A DNA stretch of 64,000 nucleotides from the human T2T-CHM13v2.0 reference genome, Homo sapiens. Below, piece by piece: positions 25,000 to 41,100 of the stretch. The position numbers were made by a program, and so were the translations under genes. Below the pieces are notes generated by a model that worked only from the letters and a program-made list of their open reading frames with translations, did no database searches and was not told the DNA's origin. The DNA is taken from the NCBI RefSeq assembly GCF_009914755.1, contig NC_060934.1; one strand, 5' to 3'. The stretch's first letter is position 1. Each line of letters opens with the position of its first letter.

Positions 25000-25290
25000 A
25001 CCAGGTGCGGTGGCTCACGCCTGTAATCCCAACACTTTGGGAGGCCGAGGCAGGTGGATCACCTGAGGTCAGGAGTTACAGATCAGCCTGGCCAACACGG
25101 TGTAACCCCATCTTTACTAAAAGTACAAAAATCATCTGGGTGTGGTGGCGAGTGCCTGTAGTCCCAGCTCCTCGGGAGGCTGAGGCAGGAGAATTGGCTT
25201 GAACCCAGGAGGTAGAGGTTGCAGTGAGCCAAGATTGCACCACTGGACTCCAGCTTGGGTAACAGAGTGAGACAGGAAGAAAAAGAAAAA
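25000..25290 (+). mobile_element. Alu (AluS-like)
   Basis: Full dimeric Alu sequence. Confidence 0.95.
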
Positions 25291-25441
25291 AAGAAGGAAA
25301 GAAAGAAAGAGGAAGGAAGGAAGGAGAGGAGGGGAGGGGAGGGGAGGAGAGGAGAGGAGAGGAGAGGAGAGGAGAGGAGAGGAGAGGAGAGGAGAGGAGA
25401 GGAAGGAAGGAAGGAAGGAAAGAGAGGAGAGGAGAGGAGAG
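25290..25441 (+). repeat. Polypurine (GGAGA)n/(GGAA)n microsatellite from the Alu tail
   Basis: Seen directly. Confidence 0.95.
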
Positions 25442-27101
25442 GCCCTTGGCCCTTAGGCCAGAAAATTCTGCTTTGAAAACTTGAATGAGCTCTCTGTGCA
25501 AAGGATGGGACCCTCAAAGTAACATTTTGGATGCCCCAGTCCATCCTGCATAAGGAAAAGACTCCCTGAGGAACCTGCTATGCACTGTCTTGCTGGAGTG
25601 ACAGCACAAAGAGCAGCAGCTTATTTTAAAAAGTAGAAAATTTTGTTTTATTTTAATTATAAATAGTACCTGTTAATAATAAGCACTTTGGGAATTACAA
25701 AAAAGAATGGAGATAAAAACCAAGTCACTGTTAACTTTTTAGTGTATTCCCATCCAGCCTTTTAAAAAAGACATTTGTAGATAAATGCTTTTTTTTTTTT
25801 TATAATTCGGTGTGTGTTGTATGTACCCACAATTTTTAAAAAGTAACAATAAGAGACTTCCACTTCCAGAAAGATGGAGTGGATGTTCTTTTCCCTATTC
25901 TAACTGCTAAGTACAGTTAAAAGCCCTGGACATTATGTGTGAAACAAACATGAGAAGACAGTAAAAGTTGGAAGGAGAAGGAAGACAAGCCAGGGAACGT
26001 GAAACCCAGTGAACAACACAGTGGCGATTTTCTTGGCTTTTCTTTTTGCCTCATACATCCCAGACAGAGAGATGAAGAAGTCAGCAACCCAGAAATGCCA
26101 AGGGCATAAATTCAAAAGCAAAACAAAACAAAAAATAAAAAACAAAAAACCCTGCTATCTTTGGCCAGAGGACTGGAAGAGAAGCTGTTTAGTAAGATAG
26201 AAAACTTTTAGATAATAATGGGTCTACTCCAGCCAAACACCACTGAAAAACTGTGGTCCCACCCCATCCATACCAACAAGGACAAACTGGGGAAATTAGA
26301 CTTTCACCCTTGAGAGGCTGTAAGGCAGCATCCCAGGCCCCTACAGGGTGGTATCCAGGAAGGTCTAGTGGACAGTCAGAACTTTTACTCCCACCCAGCA
26401 ATAATGAGGCCATGCCCTACCCCATGGTGTCAGCCGAGGGCTTGTGGGGAGCAGTAAGGAAACTCTCCTACCACTCCCAGTCAGGCAGATATGAGTGGAG
26501 GCTTGGTGGGCAGCCAGACCTCCCACACCCACCCAGCAATAAAGAGGACTCTTCCTTATTGGATGTCAATGGAGGTGAGTGGTGAGCCAGGACTGCTACC
26601 CCTACCAGGTAGTAACAAGATAATACCTTCCCTTCCTCTGCCAGAACAGCATGAGGGAATGCCAACTCAAACAGAAAGTTGGAATAAGATGCAGAGTCTT
26701 ATAACATAATAACAAAATGTCCAGATTTCAATTAAAAAAAATCACTTGTCATACCAAGACCCAGAAATATCATAAATGGAATAAAAAAAGACAACCAATA
26801 GATGCCAACGCTAAGATGATGAGATGTTTGAATTGTCTGGCAGAGATTTGAAAGCATTCATCATAGGAATGCTTCAATATGCAATTGAAACAAATGAAGA
26901 AATAGAAAGTATCAGGAAAGAAATAGAAGATTCAGCAAAGAAATAGAGGATCCAAAGGAAGAACCAAATGTAAATTTTAGAGATAAAAAAATACTATAAC
27001 TGAAATTAAAAACTCAATGTATGGGCTCAACAGCAGAATAGAGAAGCCAGAGGAAAGAATCAGTGAATTTGAAAAGAGAACAATAAAAATTACCCAATCT
27101 A

Positions 27102-27463
<362 letters not shown>

Positions 27464-29477
27464 TTATAATAAAAGATTCAGTAATCATGTTATTGAAGTC
27501 CCAAGAAGAGAAGAATGAGGCCAGAGTTGAAAAAGTACTCAGAGAAATAATGGCTGAAAAATTCCAAAATTTGGCAAAAGACATTAATCTATAGATTCAA
27601 GAAGTTAGACAAACCCCAAACCAAATAAATTCAAATAAATCCACACTAAGGCACATCACAATTAGACCTCTGAAAACTAAAGACAAAGGGAAGCATCATG
27701 AAAGCAGTGAGAGTGTGAAGACACCTTACCTACAGGAAAAAGGCAATTTTAAAGGCAGTGGATTTCTCATCAGAAACCATAGAAGCCAGAAGGATCTGAC
27801 AGAAAATAGTTCAAGTGTTGGAAAAAAGAAACTGTTAACCCATAACCCTGTATCCTGAAAAAATGTTCTGCAAAAATATACAGAAAATAAATACATTTTC
27901 AGATGGACAACTAAGATAAGTTGATTCTTTAACACCCATCTCAAAAGAATGGCTAAAGGAAGTTCCCTAAACAAGGAAAAAAGAAAAGAAGGAACTTTAG
28001 AACAAATAGACTGATTCATGGAGAAACAAACAGTTACCTCAGTGAAATTCTAGAAAGGGTTTCAAGTAACCCACAAGAAGATGGAATAAATAAAAGAGAT
28101 CAATAAAAACCAGAGAAAATAAACTGAGAACAAAAAATAAAATGGCAGACTGAAGCCCAGACATATTAAAAACTGCATTAAATGTAAATGGTCTAAATAC
28201 ATCAATAAAAGAGAGAGACTAGCAGAGTGGATTAAGACTCAACTATATCCTGTCTATAAGATACTCACTTTAAATATAATGATATAGGCAGATTGAAAGT
28301 AAAAGGATGAAAAAAGATATATAGACTTTAATCAAAATAAAGCAAGATTGGAGGAGAGGTTAGGAAAATGGCTGATAGGAGGCAGGACTAAATTGCAGTT
28401 TCCACTTACATGGACACAGCAGCATGTGGAGACTTACATAGTAAACGTTTGCTTCAAGAACTACCACAGGAACATACTAGGAAAGCGGAGACAATCCACA
28501 GACTCTTTGAAGGAAGCAGATTGCTCCTGCAGGCCCTGGGAGACAGCCCAAAAACTGTGAGTGCCCAAAATGTGAAAGGGGGATTGTCTGCCCCCGAACA
28601 CACATTCTCACTGGGGAACCTGAAGGTCCAGATCACGAGAGAAGGATTTTACCTTACCTGGAGCTGAGACAATTTTAGAGAGCTGAGTGAAATACAGGGG
28701 TAGAAGAAGCAGTGGGAGGAGACCGGTGGGCTCTCTCAGTCCCAAGGGAAGCTGTTTCTGACTTTATCTTGCAGACGTCCTTGGGGAGGGCTGCCAGAGG
28801 AACTGGGAAAAGATCACAGGGAGAAGAAAACCTCCAGCTGAACTTTGTAACAATTTTAACCCTGTGAAGTTTTCTGGACAGAACTTGGGGGAGCGGGTGA
28901 ATCCAGAGTGCAGGTATAGCCCAGAAGCTGCAGCAGGCAGGGAGGGGTGAAACCTAAAAGCCCTGCTTGCTTTCACAGCCCTGAAAGGTAGCCTGGGGCA
29001 AGTTCTCACCCCTGCTCACCTGCTGCATGGAAATAAACTCGGTGCTGTTGGGGGCAGGGGCACTGTGGGAGTGAGACCAGCCTTTTGGGCTGTGTGGGAG
29101 CTGGGTGAGGCCTGTAACTGCCAGCTTTCCTCCACTTCCCTGGTGAGCTGCATGACACAGTAGAGGCAGCCATAATACCCCTGAGAACATATCTCCATTG
29201 GCCTGAGAACCATAACCCGTCTTCCACAGCAGCTGCAGCAAGCCCTGCCCAAGGAGACCCTGAGCTCAGACATGCCTAATCCTGCCCCCACCTGATGGTT
29301 TTTCTCTACCCATTCTGGTAGCTAAAGACAAATGACATATTCTCTTGGGAGCTCTAGGGCCCCACCCACAACCCGATCATCCCTATAATACCACAGCTGA
29401 CACTGTCTTGAAAGCACCACCTCCTGGCAGGAGACCAGCCAGCACAAAACTAGTGCAATTAAAAAAACTACAACTCA

Positions 29478-29794
<317 letters not shown>

Positions 29795-30284
29795 TCAGTA
29801 CACTCACAGAGTCCATTTCACTCCCCTGCCACCTCCACTGGAGCAGGTGCTGCTATCTGTGGCTGAGAGAGCTGAAGACAGTTCACATCACACAACTGTG
29901 CAGACAAGCCCAGAGCCCAATAGCTCTGCTAGGTGGCAAGGTCCAGAAAAGAAATAATAATCACAACTGTTCAGCTCTCAGGAAGCCACATCCCTAGGAA
30001 AACGGAGAGAGCACTACATCAAGGGAGCACCCCATGGGACAAAAGAATCTCAACAGCAGCCCATGAGCTCCAAATCTTCTTCTGACATAGTCTACCCAAA
30101 TGAGAAGGAACCACAAAAACAATTCTGGTAATATGACAAAACAAGGTTCTTTAACATCCCCAAAATATCACACTAGTTCACCAGCTAGTAGAAAATAAAG
30201 GAAATAAAGGACACACTTAGAGAAATGCAAAATGTACTAAAAAGTCTCAGCAATAGAATCAAACAAGCAGAAAAAAGAACTTCA

Positions 30285-30589
30285 GGCTGGGCATAGCGGC
30301 TCAGGCCTGTAATCCCAACACTTTGGGATGCCAAGGCAGGTGGATCACTTGAGATCAGGAGTTCAGACCAGCCTGGCCAACATGGCGAAACCTCATCTCT
30401 ATTAAAAATACAAAATTTAGCCAGGCATGATGGCACATGCCTGTAATTCCAGCTAATCAGGAGGCTGAAGTGGGAGAATCGCTTGAACCCAGTGGGGCAG
30501 ATGCTGCAGTGAGCCGAGATTGCGCCATGGCACTCCAGTCTGATGACAAAGCAAGACTCTTTCTCAAAAAACAACAACAAAAAAAAAAA
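30285..30589 (+). mobile_element. Alu inside L1PB ORF1
   Basis: Dimeric Alu; TSD ending aacttcag. Confidence 0.95.
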
Positions 30590-31257
30590 CTTCAGAGCTC
30601 AAAGACAAGGTTTTCAAATTAACCCAATGTAACAAAGACAAAGAAAAAAAAATGTTTTAATGAACAAAGCCTCTGAGAAGTTTGGGATTATGTTAAATGA
30701 CCAAACCTAAGAATAATTGGTGTTCCTGAGGAAGAAGAGAAATCTAAAAGTTTGGAAAACATATTTGAGAGACTCATTGAGGAAACCTTCCCTGGCCTTG
30801 CTGGAGATCTAGACATCCACATGCTCAAATAATACCTGGGAAATTTATCACGAAAAGATCGTCACCTAGGCACATAGTTATCAGGTTATCTAAAGTCAAG
30901 ACAATGAAAGAATCTTAAGAGCTGTGAGGCAAAAGCACCAGGTAACCTATGAAAGAAAACCTATCAGATTAAAAGCAGACTTCTCAGCAGAAACTCTATA
31001 AGCTAGATGGGATTGGGGCTCTATCTTCAGCCTCCTTAATCAAAACAATTATCAGCCAAGAATTTTGTATCTAGTGAAACTAAGCTTCATAAATGAGGGA
31101 AAGATTTTTCAGACAAACAAATACTGAGAGAATTCAACACTACCAAGCCAGCACTACAAGAACTGCTAAAAGGAGCTCTAAATCTTGAAACAAATCCTTG
31201 AAATACAGCAAAATAAAACCTCTTTGAGGCTCAAATCTCACAGGACCTATAAAATAA

Positions 31258-31563
<306 letters not shown>

Positions 31564-34500
31564 AAACAGTTTTCTTAAAAAAAGGTATTCAGGCAACAAA
31601 TACCATGATGAATAGAATACTATCTCACATCTCAATACTAACATTGAATGTAAATGGCCTAAATGCACTTAAAAGATACGGAATGGCAGAATGGATAAGA
31701 ATTCACCAACCAAGTATCTGCTGTCTTCAAGAGACTCACCTAACACATAAGAACTCACATAAACTTCAGGTAAAGGGGTGGAAAAAGATATTCCATGCAA
31801 ATGGACACTGAAAGTGAGTAGGAGTAGCTATTCTTATATCAGACAAAACAAACTTGAAAGCAACAGCAGTTAAAAAAGACAAAGAGAGACATTATATAAT
31901 GATAAAAGGACTTGTCCAACAGGAAAATATTACAATCCTAAATATATATGCACCTAATACTGGAGGTCCCAAATTTATAAAACAATTACAACTAGACCTA
32001 AGAAATGAGATAGACAGCAACACAATAATATTGAGGAACTTCAGTACTCCACTGATAGCACTAGACAGGTCATGAAGACAGAAAGTCAACAAAGAAACAA
32101 TAGATTTAAACTACGTCCTAGAACAAATAGACTTAACAGATCTTTAAGATTTACAGGACATTCTACCCAACAACTGCAGAATATACATTCTATTCATAAA
32201 ACGATACAAAAGATAAATGAAACAAGAAGCTGGTTCTTTGACAATATAAATAAAATGGATAGGCCATTAGTGATATTACTCAAGAAAAGAAGAGAGAAGA
32301 TCCAAATAAGCTCAATTAGAAATGAAATGGGAGATATTAATACTACAACCGATACCACTAGAAACACAAAAGATCATTCAAGGCTACTTGAACACCTTTA
32401 CACACATAAACTAGAAAACTTGGAGGAGATGTATAAATTCCTGAAAATATACAACCCTCCAAGGTTAAACCAGAAAGAAAAAGAAACTCTGAACAGACCA
32501 ATAATAAGCAGTGAGATTGAAATAGTAATTTAAAAATTGCCCACAAAAAAAGTCCAGGACTAAATGGATTCACAGCTGCATTCTATCAGACATTCAAAGA
32601 ATAATTGGTACCTATCCTATTGACACTATTCCACAAGATAGAGAAAGAAGGAATCCTCCCTAAATCATTCTATGAAGCCAGTATCACCCTAATACCAAAA
32701 CCAGGAAAGGACATAACAAAGGAAGAAAACTACAGACCAATATCCGTGATGAATATAGATGCAAAAATCCTTAACAAAATACTAGCTAACCAAATACAAC
32801 AGTATATAAAAAAAAAAAAAAAGTCCACCATGATCAAGTGGGTTTCATACCAGGGATGCAGGGATGGCCTAACATACACAAGTCAATAAAGGTGATACAG
32901 CACACATAAACAAAATTAACAAAAATCACACAACCATCTCAATAGATGCAGAAAAAGCATTTGACAAAATCCAGCATCGCTTTATGATTAAAACCCTCAG
33001 CAAAATTGGCATAGAAGCGACATACCTTAATGTAATGAAAGCTATCTATGACAAACCCACAGCCAAAATAATACTGAATGGGAAAAAGTTGAAAGCATTC
33101 CCTCCGAGAACTGGAAAAAGACAAGGATGCCCACTCTCCCCACTTCTATTCAACACAGTGCTGGAAGTCCTAGCCAGAGCAATCAGACCAGAGAAAGAAA
33201 TAAAGGGCATCCAAATTGGTAAAGTCACTGTTTGTGGATGATATGATCATATACCTAGAAAACCCTAAAGACTACTCCAAAAAGCTCCTGCAACTAATAA
33301 ATGATTTCAGCAAAGCTTCAGGATATAAAATTAATGCACACAAATCAGTAACTCTGTTATACACCAACAGCGACCAAGCTGAGAATCAAATCAAGAACTC
33401 GACCCCTTTTACAATAGCTGCAAAAATAATAAAATACTTAGGAATACACCTAACCAAGGAGGTGAAAGACCTCTACAAGAAAAACTACAAAACACTGCTG
33501 AAAGAAATCATGGATGACACAAACAAATGGAAACACATCCCATGTTCATGGATGGGTAGAATCAATATTGTGAAAATGACCATACAGCCAAAAGCAATCT
33601 ATAGATTCAATACAATTACCATCAAAATACCACCATCATTCTTCACAGAACTACACGGAACCAAAAAAGAGCCCACATACCCAAAGCAAGACTAAGCAAA
33701 AAGAACAAATCCAGAGGCATCACATTACCTGACCTCAAACTATACTATAAGGCCATAGTCACCAAAACAGCATGGTACTGGTATAAAAATAGTCACATAG
33801 ACCAGTGGAACAGAATAGAGAACCCAGAAATAAAGCCAAGTATTTACAGCTAATCTTCAACAAAGCAAACAAAAACAAAAGTGGGGAATGAACACTCTAT
33901 TCAACAAATGGTGCTGGGATAATTGGCAAGTCACATGTAGAAGAATGAAACTGAATCCTCATCTCTCACCTTATACAAAAATCAGCTCAAGATGGATCAA
34001 AGACTTAAATCTAAGTTCTGAAACCATAAAAATTCTAGAAAATAACATCAGAAAAACCCTTCTAGACATTGACTTGGGCAAAGACTTCCTGACCAAGAAT
34101 CCAAAAGCAGGTGCAACAAAAACAAACATAAGAGATGGTATTTAATTAAAAGATAAAGCTTCTGCACAGAAAAAAAAATCAGCAGAGTAAACAGACAACC
34201 CACAGAGTGGGAGAAAATCTTCACAATCTATACATCCAACAAATAACTAATATCCAAAATCTTCAAGAAACTCAAACAAATTAGCAAGAAAAACAAACAG
34301 TCCCATCAAAAAGTGGGCTAAATACATGAATAGACAATTTTCAAAAGAAGATATACAAATGGCCAACAAGCATATGAAAAAATGCTCAACATCACTAATG
34401 ATCAGGGAAATGCAAATCAAAACCACAATGTGATACCACCTTACTCCTGCAAGAATGACCATAATAAAAAAATAAAATAAAATAAAATAGATATTGGTGG

Positions 34501-34773
34501 GGATGTGGTGAAAAGGAAACACTTTTACACTCCCGGTGGGAATGTAAACTAGTACAACCACTATGGAAAATAGTGTGGAGATGCCTTAAATAACTAAAAG
34601 TAGAACTACCATTTGATCAGCAATCCCACTACTGGGTATCTACCCACAGGAAAAGAAGTTATTATACAAAAAAGATACTTGCACATGCATGTTTATAGCA
34701 GCACAATTCACAATTGCAAAAATATGGAACCAGCCCAAAGGCCCACCAATCAATGAGTGCATAAAAAATTGTG

Positions 34774-34774
<1 letters not shown>

Positions 34775-34812
<38 letters not shown>

Positions 34813-34813
34813 C
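34775..34813. repeat. (CA)n microsatellite
   Basis: Seen directly. Confidence 0.95.
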
Positions 34814-35756
34814 CATGGAATACTACTCAGCCATAAGAAGGAACACAATAATGGCATTTGCAGCAATCTGGATAGAATTGGAGACCATTTTTTCTAAGTG
34901 AAGTAACTCAGTAATGGAAAACCAAACACTGTATGTTCTCACTCATAGGTGGGAGCTAAGCTATGAGGATACAAAGGCGTAAGAATAATACAATGGACTT
35001 TGGGGACTCAGAGGAAATGGTGGGAGTCAGGTGAGGGATAAAAGACTACACGTTTGTTACAGTGTACATTGCTCAGATGATGGGTGCACCAAAATCTCAG
35101 AAATCACCACTAAAGAACTTATTCAGGTAACCAAACACCACCTGTTCCCCAAAAACCCATGGAAATAAAAAATAATAATAAATAATAATAATTTAAAAAC
35201 AGAAAGCAAAATTGGTTATATTAATATCAGAAAAAGTAGGCTTCAGAGCAAAGAAAATTACCAGAGATGAGAGACATTATATAAAGATAAAAGGGTCAAT
35301 CTACAAGGAAGAAATAGCAATGCTAGATGTGTTTATACTAAAAGACAGAGCTGAAAATTGTGAAGCAAAAACCGATAGAAATAAAAAGATAATTAGACAA
35401 ATCTACAGTTATATTAGGAGATTTTGACACCCCACTCTCAACAATTGATGGAATGATTATACAGAAAATCAGCTAAGAGAAAGAAGAATTCAACCACACC
35501 ATCAACAGAATTTGATCCAGTTAGAGTCTAGAGGACATTTATAAAACATTTCACTCAACAAGAGCATTCTATATATTGTTTTTAAATATCTATTGAACAT
35601 ATATCAATCTAGACCAAATAACCTATGCCATAAAACAGACCTCAACAAATTTAAAAGAATCAAAATCATACAAAGTGTCTTCTAGGATCACAACAAAATC
35701 AAAATCATATTTAATGGCAGAAAAATCTTCAAATACTTGGAAACTACACAAGGTAC

Positions 35757-36050
<294 letters not shown>

Positions 36051-37160
36051 TATACAAGGTATTTCTACTAAGTCCATGAGTCAAAGAGGAGATCTTGAAG
36101 GAAATAAAAAACAAATGCATTCAACTGAATGAAGATGAAAATATGACATATCAAAATTTCTAGGATACAGCTAAAGCTGTGTGGAGAGGAAAATTTATAG
36201 TACTAAATGCAATGCATACATTTGAAAAGATGCCAGATCAAATGGACATTCATAGATAAAAACATGAACATTAACCTAAGTGTAACACCTTATACAAAAA
36301 CTAATTCAAAATAGGGGAAAATCTTGAGTACCTGGGGCTAGTCAAAGAGTTCTTGACTTGACACAAAACCACAATCTGCATAAGGAAAAATTGATAAATT
36401 AGTCTTATTAAAATAAGAAAAAATATTTGTTCTGCAAAAGATCCCACAATAAAAAGATCAAAAGATAAGTTATAGACTAGTGGAAAATATTTGCAAATTA
36501 TATATCTGACAAAGAATAGGTATCTAGAGTATATATAGGACTCTCAAATCTCAACAGTAAAAAAACAAATAATCTAACTAGAAGATGAGCAGAAGATATG
36601 GAGACATTTCACCAAGGAGAAGACACAGATGGAAATTAATCACTTGAACATATTTAAAACACTGTTAGTCATTAGAGAAATGCAAATTTAAATCACAATG
36701 AAATAACACTACATTCCTATCAGAATGGCTAAAATACAAAATAATGACAACATGAAATTCCGGTGAGGATGTGGGGAAACTGGATAACTCATATATGGCT
36801 GGCGGGACTGTAAAATGATGCAGCCATGAGGTGAAGGAAGATGGCCAAATAGAAGCCTCCAGCAATTGTCCCCCCGGCAGAAACACCAAATTGAACAACT
36901 ATCCACACAAAAAAAGCACCCTTATAAGGACCAAAAATCAGGTGAGTGGTCACAGTACCTGGTATTGACAACATATTAAGGAAAGAGGCACTGAAGAGGG
37001 AAGGAAAGACAGTTTGAATGACAAAAGATTCAGCAATCATCTTATTGAAGTCCCAAGAGGAAAATAATATCAGGGCTGAAAAAGTACTTAGAGAAATAAA
37101 AGCTGAAAAAGTCTCAAATTTGGCAAAAGGTATAAATCTATAGATTCAAGAAGCTGGGCA

Positions 37161-37480
37161 AGTTGGGCACAGTGTCTCACTCCTGTAATGCCAGCAGTTT
37201 GGGAGGCCGAGGAAGGTGGATCACTTGGGGTCAGGAGTTCAAGACCAGCCTGGCCAACATGGCAAAACCCTGTCTCTACTAAAAATACAAAAAATAAAAA
37301 AAAAAAGAAAGAAAAAATTAGCCGGGCATGGTGGTGCCTGCCTGTAGTCCCAGCTACTCGAGAGGCTGAGCCACAAGAATCACTTGAACCCAGGAGGCCA
37401 AGGTTGCCATAAGCCAAGATCATGCCACTGCACTCCAGCCTGGGAAACAGAGAGACTCTGTCCTCCACCCCTCAAAAGGA
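37161..37480 (+). mobile_element. Alu
   Basis: Dimeric Alu; TSD containing aagctggg flanks the Alu plus its expanded tail. Confidence 0.93.
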
Positions 37481-37498
37481 AAGAAAGAAAGAGAGAAA

Positions 37499-37569
<71 letters not shown>

Positions 37570-37668
37570 GAGGGAGGGAGGGAGGGAGGGAGGGAGGGAG
37601 GGAGGGAGGGAGGGAAAGGAAGGAGAAAGAAAGAAAAGAAAGAAAGAAACAAAGAAAGAAAGCAAGCA
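37478..37668 (+). repeat. (GAAA)n/(GGGA)n compound microsatellite
   Basis: Seen directly. Confidence 0.95.
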
Positions 37669-37869
37669 AGCTGGGAAAATCCCAAAACAAATAAATTCAA
37701 AGAAATCTACACTAAGGCACATCACAATTAAACGTCTGAACACTAAAGACAAGGGGAGCTTCTTGCTGTCTTTGATTAATGTCTATGTAATATATCTTTT
37801 TTCATCCTTCTACTTTCAACCTGCCTATATCGTTATATTTGAAGTGAGTTTCTTACAGACAGGATATAG

Positions 37870-38186
<317 letters not shown>

Positions 38187-41100
38187 GAATCATGTTTTTA
38201 ATCCACTCTTTTAGTCACTCTCTTTTTAATGATGTATTTAGATCATTTACATTTACTATACCACCCCTCTCCCATCCCCTAGCAGCAGCTGTGTGGCTTG
38301 GAGAGAGAATCTGTGCACTTGGGGGAAGGAAAGCACGGTGATTGTGGGACTTTGAATTGGAACTCAGTGCTGCTTAGTCACAGTGGAAAGCAACGTGGGA
38401 CAGTCACAGCCTTCTGTAGGCTGTCACCCACAGAAGGAGCATTTAGACCAGGCCTAGCCAGAGGCAAATCATCCATCCCAATGGTCAGAACCTGAGTTAT
38501 GGTAAGCCCCACCATCACAGGCTAACTTGCCCAGCAGTCCTAAATAAACTTGAGAGACAACCTAAGCTACAAAGACTGCAATTCCTGGGCAAATCCTGGT
38601 GCTGTGCTGGGTTCAGAGCCAGTGGACTTGGGGTACATGTGACCTAGTGAGACACCAGCCAGGGTGGCCAAGTGAGTGCATGTGCCACCCCTCCCCCAAC
38701 CCCAGGCAGTGCAGTTGCCACAATGAAAGTGACTTCTTCCTTCTGCTTGAGGAGAGGAGACATCAGAGTAAAGAGGATTTTGTCTTGCAACTTGGATACC
38801 AGCTCAGCTGCAGTTAAAATAGGTCACCAGGCAGAATCCTGAAGCTCCTATTCCAGGCCTTCGCTCCTGGATGACATTTCTAGACACACTGTGGGCCAAA
38901 AGGGAACTCACTGCCTTGAAGGGAAGGACTCTGTCCTGGCAGGATTCATCATCTGCTGACTAAAGAGCTTCTTTTCCTCTGAATAATCAGCAGTGGTAGC
39001 CAGGCAATACTCACCACAGGCCTGGGGCAAGACTCAGAACCACACTGGCTTCAAGTGTGACCCAGCACATTCCCAGAATGATGTATACCTATGAGATCTA
39101 GAAAACTGCCTCAAAGGCAAATGTAAGAGTGACTGGAGGTAGAGAGAGGGAGAAGCAGAAAGTTTATTCAAAGGTCTAGTTAACACAGAACTTCCCAAAA
39201 CTAAAGAAAGATATCAATATTCAAGTACAAGAAGGTTTTAAAACACCAAAGAGATTTAACCCAAATAAGACTACCTGAAGACATTTAATATTCAAACTCC
39301 TAACAGTCAGTGATAAAGAAAGGATCCTAAAAGCAGCAAGAGAAAAGAAACAAATAACACACAAAGGAGCTCCATGTCTGACAACAAACCGCTCAGTGGA
39401 AACCTTACAGGCCAGGAGAGAGTGGCATGACATATTTAAAGTGCTAAAGAAAAGAATTTTTTACCCCAGTATATACCCTACTATATGTACCCTAGTATAT
39501 CCGTCAAAAATATCCTTCAAACATGAGGGAGAAATACTTTCCCCTACAAACAAAAGCTCAGGGATTTCATGAACACCAGATGTGTCTTACAAGAAATGCT
39601 AAAGCAAGTTTTTCGATCTGAAGGAAAAGGATGTTAAGTGAGCAATAGACATCATCTGAAGGTAGAAAACTCACTGGTAATAGTCAGTACACAGAAAAAC
39701 ATAGCCTATTATAACACTGTAACTGTGTTGTGTAAACTACCCATATCTTGAGTAGAAAGACTAAAAGATGAACCTACTGAAAGTAATAACTACAACAACT
39801 TTTCAAGACATAGTATAATAAAATATAAATAGAAACAACAAAAAGTTAAAAAGCAGGGTGATGAAGTTAAACTGTAGAGTTTCTATTAGTTGTCTCTTTG
39901 ATTATTTGTTAGTTCGTTTATGCAATCAGTGTTAGGTTGTCACCAGTTGAAAATCGTGGATTATAAGATATTATTTGCAAGCCTCATGATAACTTCAAAT
40001 CAGGAAACATACAACAGATATGCAAAAAATAAAAAGCAAGAAGTTAAAACACGCCACCAGAGAAAATCATCTTAACTAAAAGGAGGACAGAAAGGAAGGA
40101 AAGAAGGAAGGAAGGAAGGGAGGACCACAAAACAATCAGAAAACAAATAACAAAATGCAGGAGTAAGTCCTGACTTATCAATAGTAACATCGAACATAAA
40201 TTGACTACACTCCCCAGTCAAAAGATATAGAATGGCTGAATGGATTTTCAGAAACAAGACTCAATAATCTGTTGCCTACAAAGTAAAGATACAGGTAGAC
40301 TGAAAATAAAGGGGTAAAAAAAGATATTTCATACAAATGGAAAACAAGAAAGAGCAGAAGTAACTATACTTAGACAAAATAGATTTCAAGATAAAAGGTA
40401 TAAAAAGAGACAAAGAAAGTCATGATACAATGCTAAAGGAGTCCATCAGCAAGAGGGTATAGCAATTGTAAATATATATGCACCCAATACTGGAGCACCC
40501 AGATATATAAAGCAAATATTTTTAGAGCTAAAGAAAGAGATAGATCCCAATGCAATAATAGCTAGAGACTTCAACACCCCACTTTCAGAATAGAACAGAT
40601 CATGCAGACCGAAAATCAATGAGCAAACATTGGACTTAATCTACACTACAGACCAAATGGACCTAATAGGTGTTTACAGAACATTTTATCCAACAGCTTC
40701 AGAAACACATTTTTCTTCTCAACACATAAATCATTCTCAAGGATAGACCATATGTTAGACCACAAAACAAGTCTTTAAAAGTTAAAAAAAAATTGAAATT
40801 ATATCAAGAATATTCTCTGGCCACAATGGAATAAAACTATTGGTTAATAACAAGAGGAACTTTGGAAACTATACAAACACATGGAAATTAAACAATATGA
40901 TTCTGAATGACCAGGGGGTCAACAAAGAAATTAAGAAGGAAATTTAAAAATTGACTGCAACAAATGAAAATGGAAACACAACACACCAAAACCTGTGCAA
41001 AAGCAGTAGTAATAGGAAAATCTATAGCAATAAGTGCCTACTTCAGAAAAGTAGAAAAACTTCCAATAAACAACTTAATGATAAACCTTAAAGATCTAGA

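Noticed and set aside
28740-28749. Perfect EBF site TCCCAAGGGA
   Set aside because: Lies inside an L1 5'UTR with no supporting context; compatible with chance.
31605-34901. Endonuclease and reverse transcriptase-like ORFs
   Set aside because: Fragments of a dead L1PB ORF2 with stops, frameshifts and deletions; not a functional or novel RT system.
37380-37752. Lys/Glu/Arg- or Ser/Phe/Leu-rich ORFs (also near 25.1-25.5 kb and 45.7-46.1 kb)
   Set aside because: Translations of microsatellites and Alu sequence.
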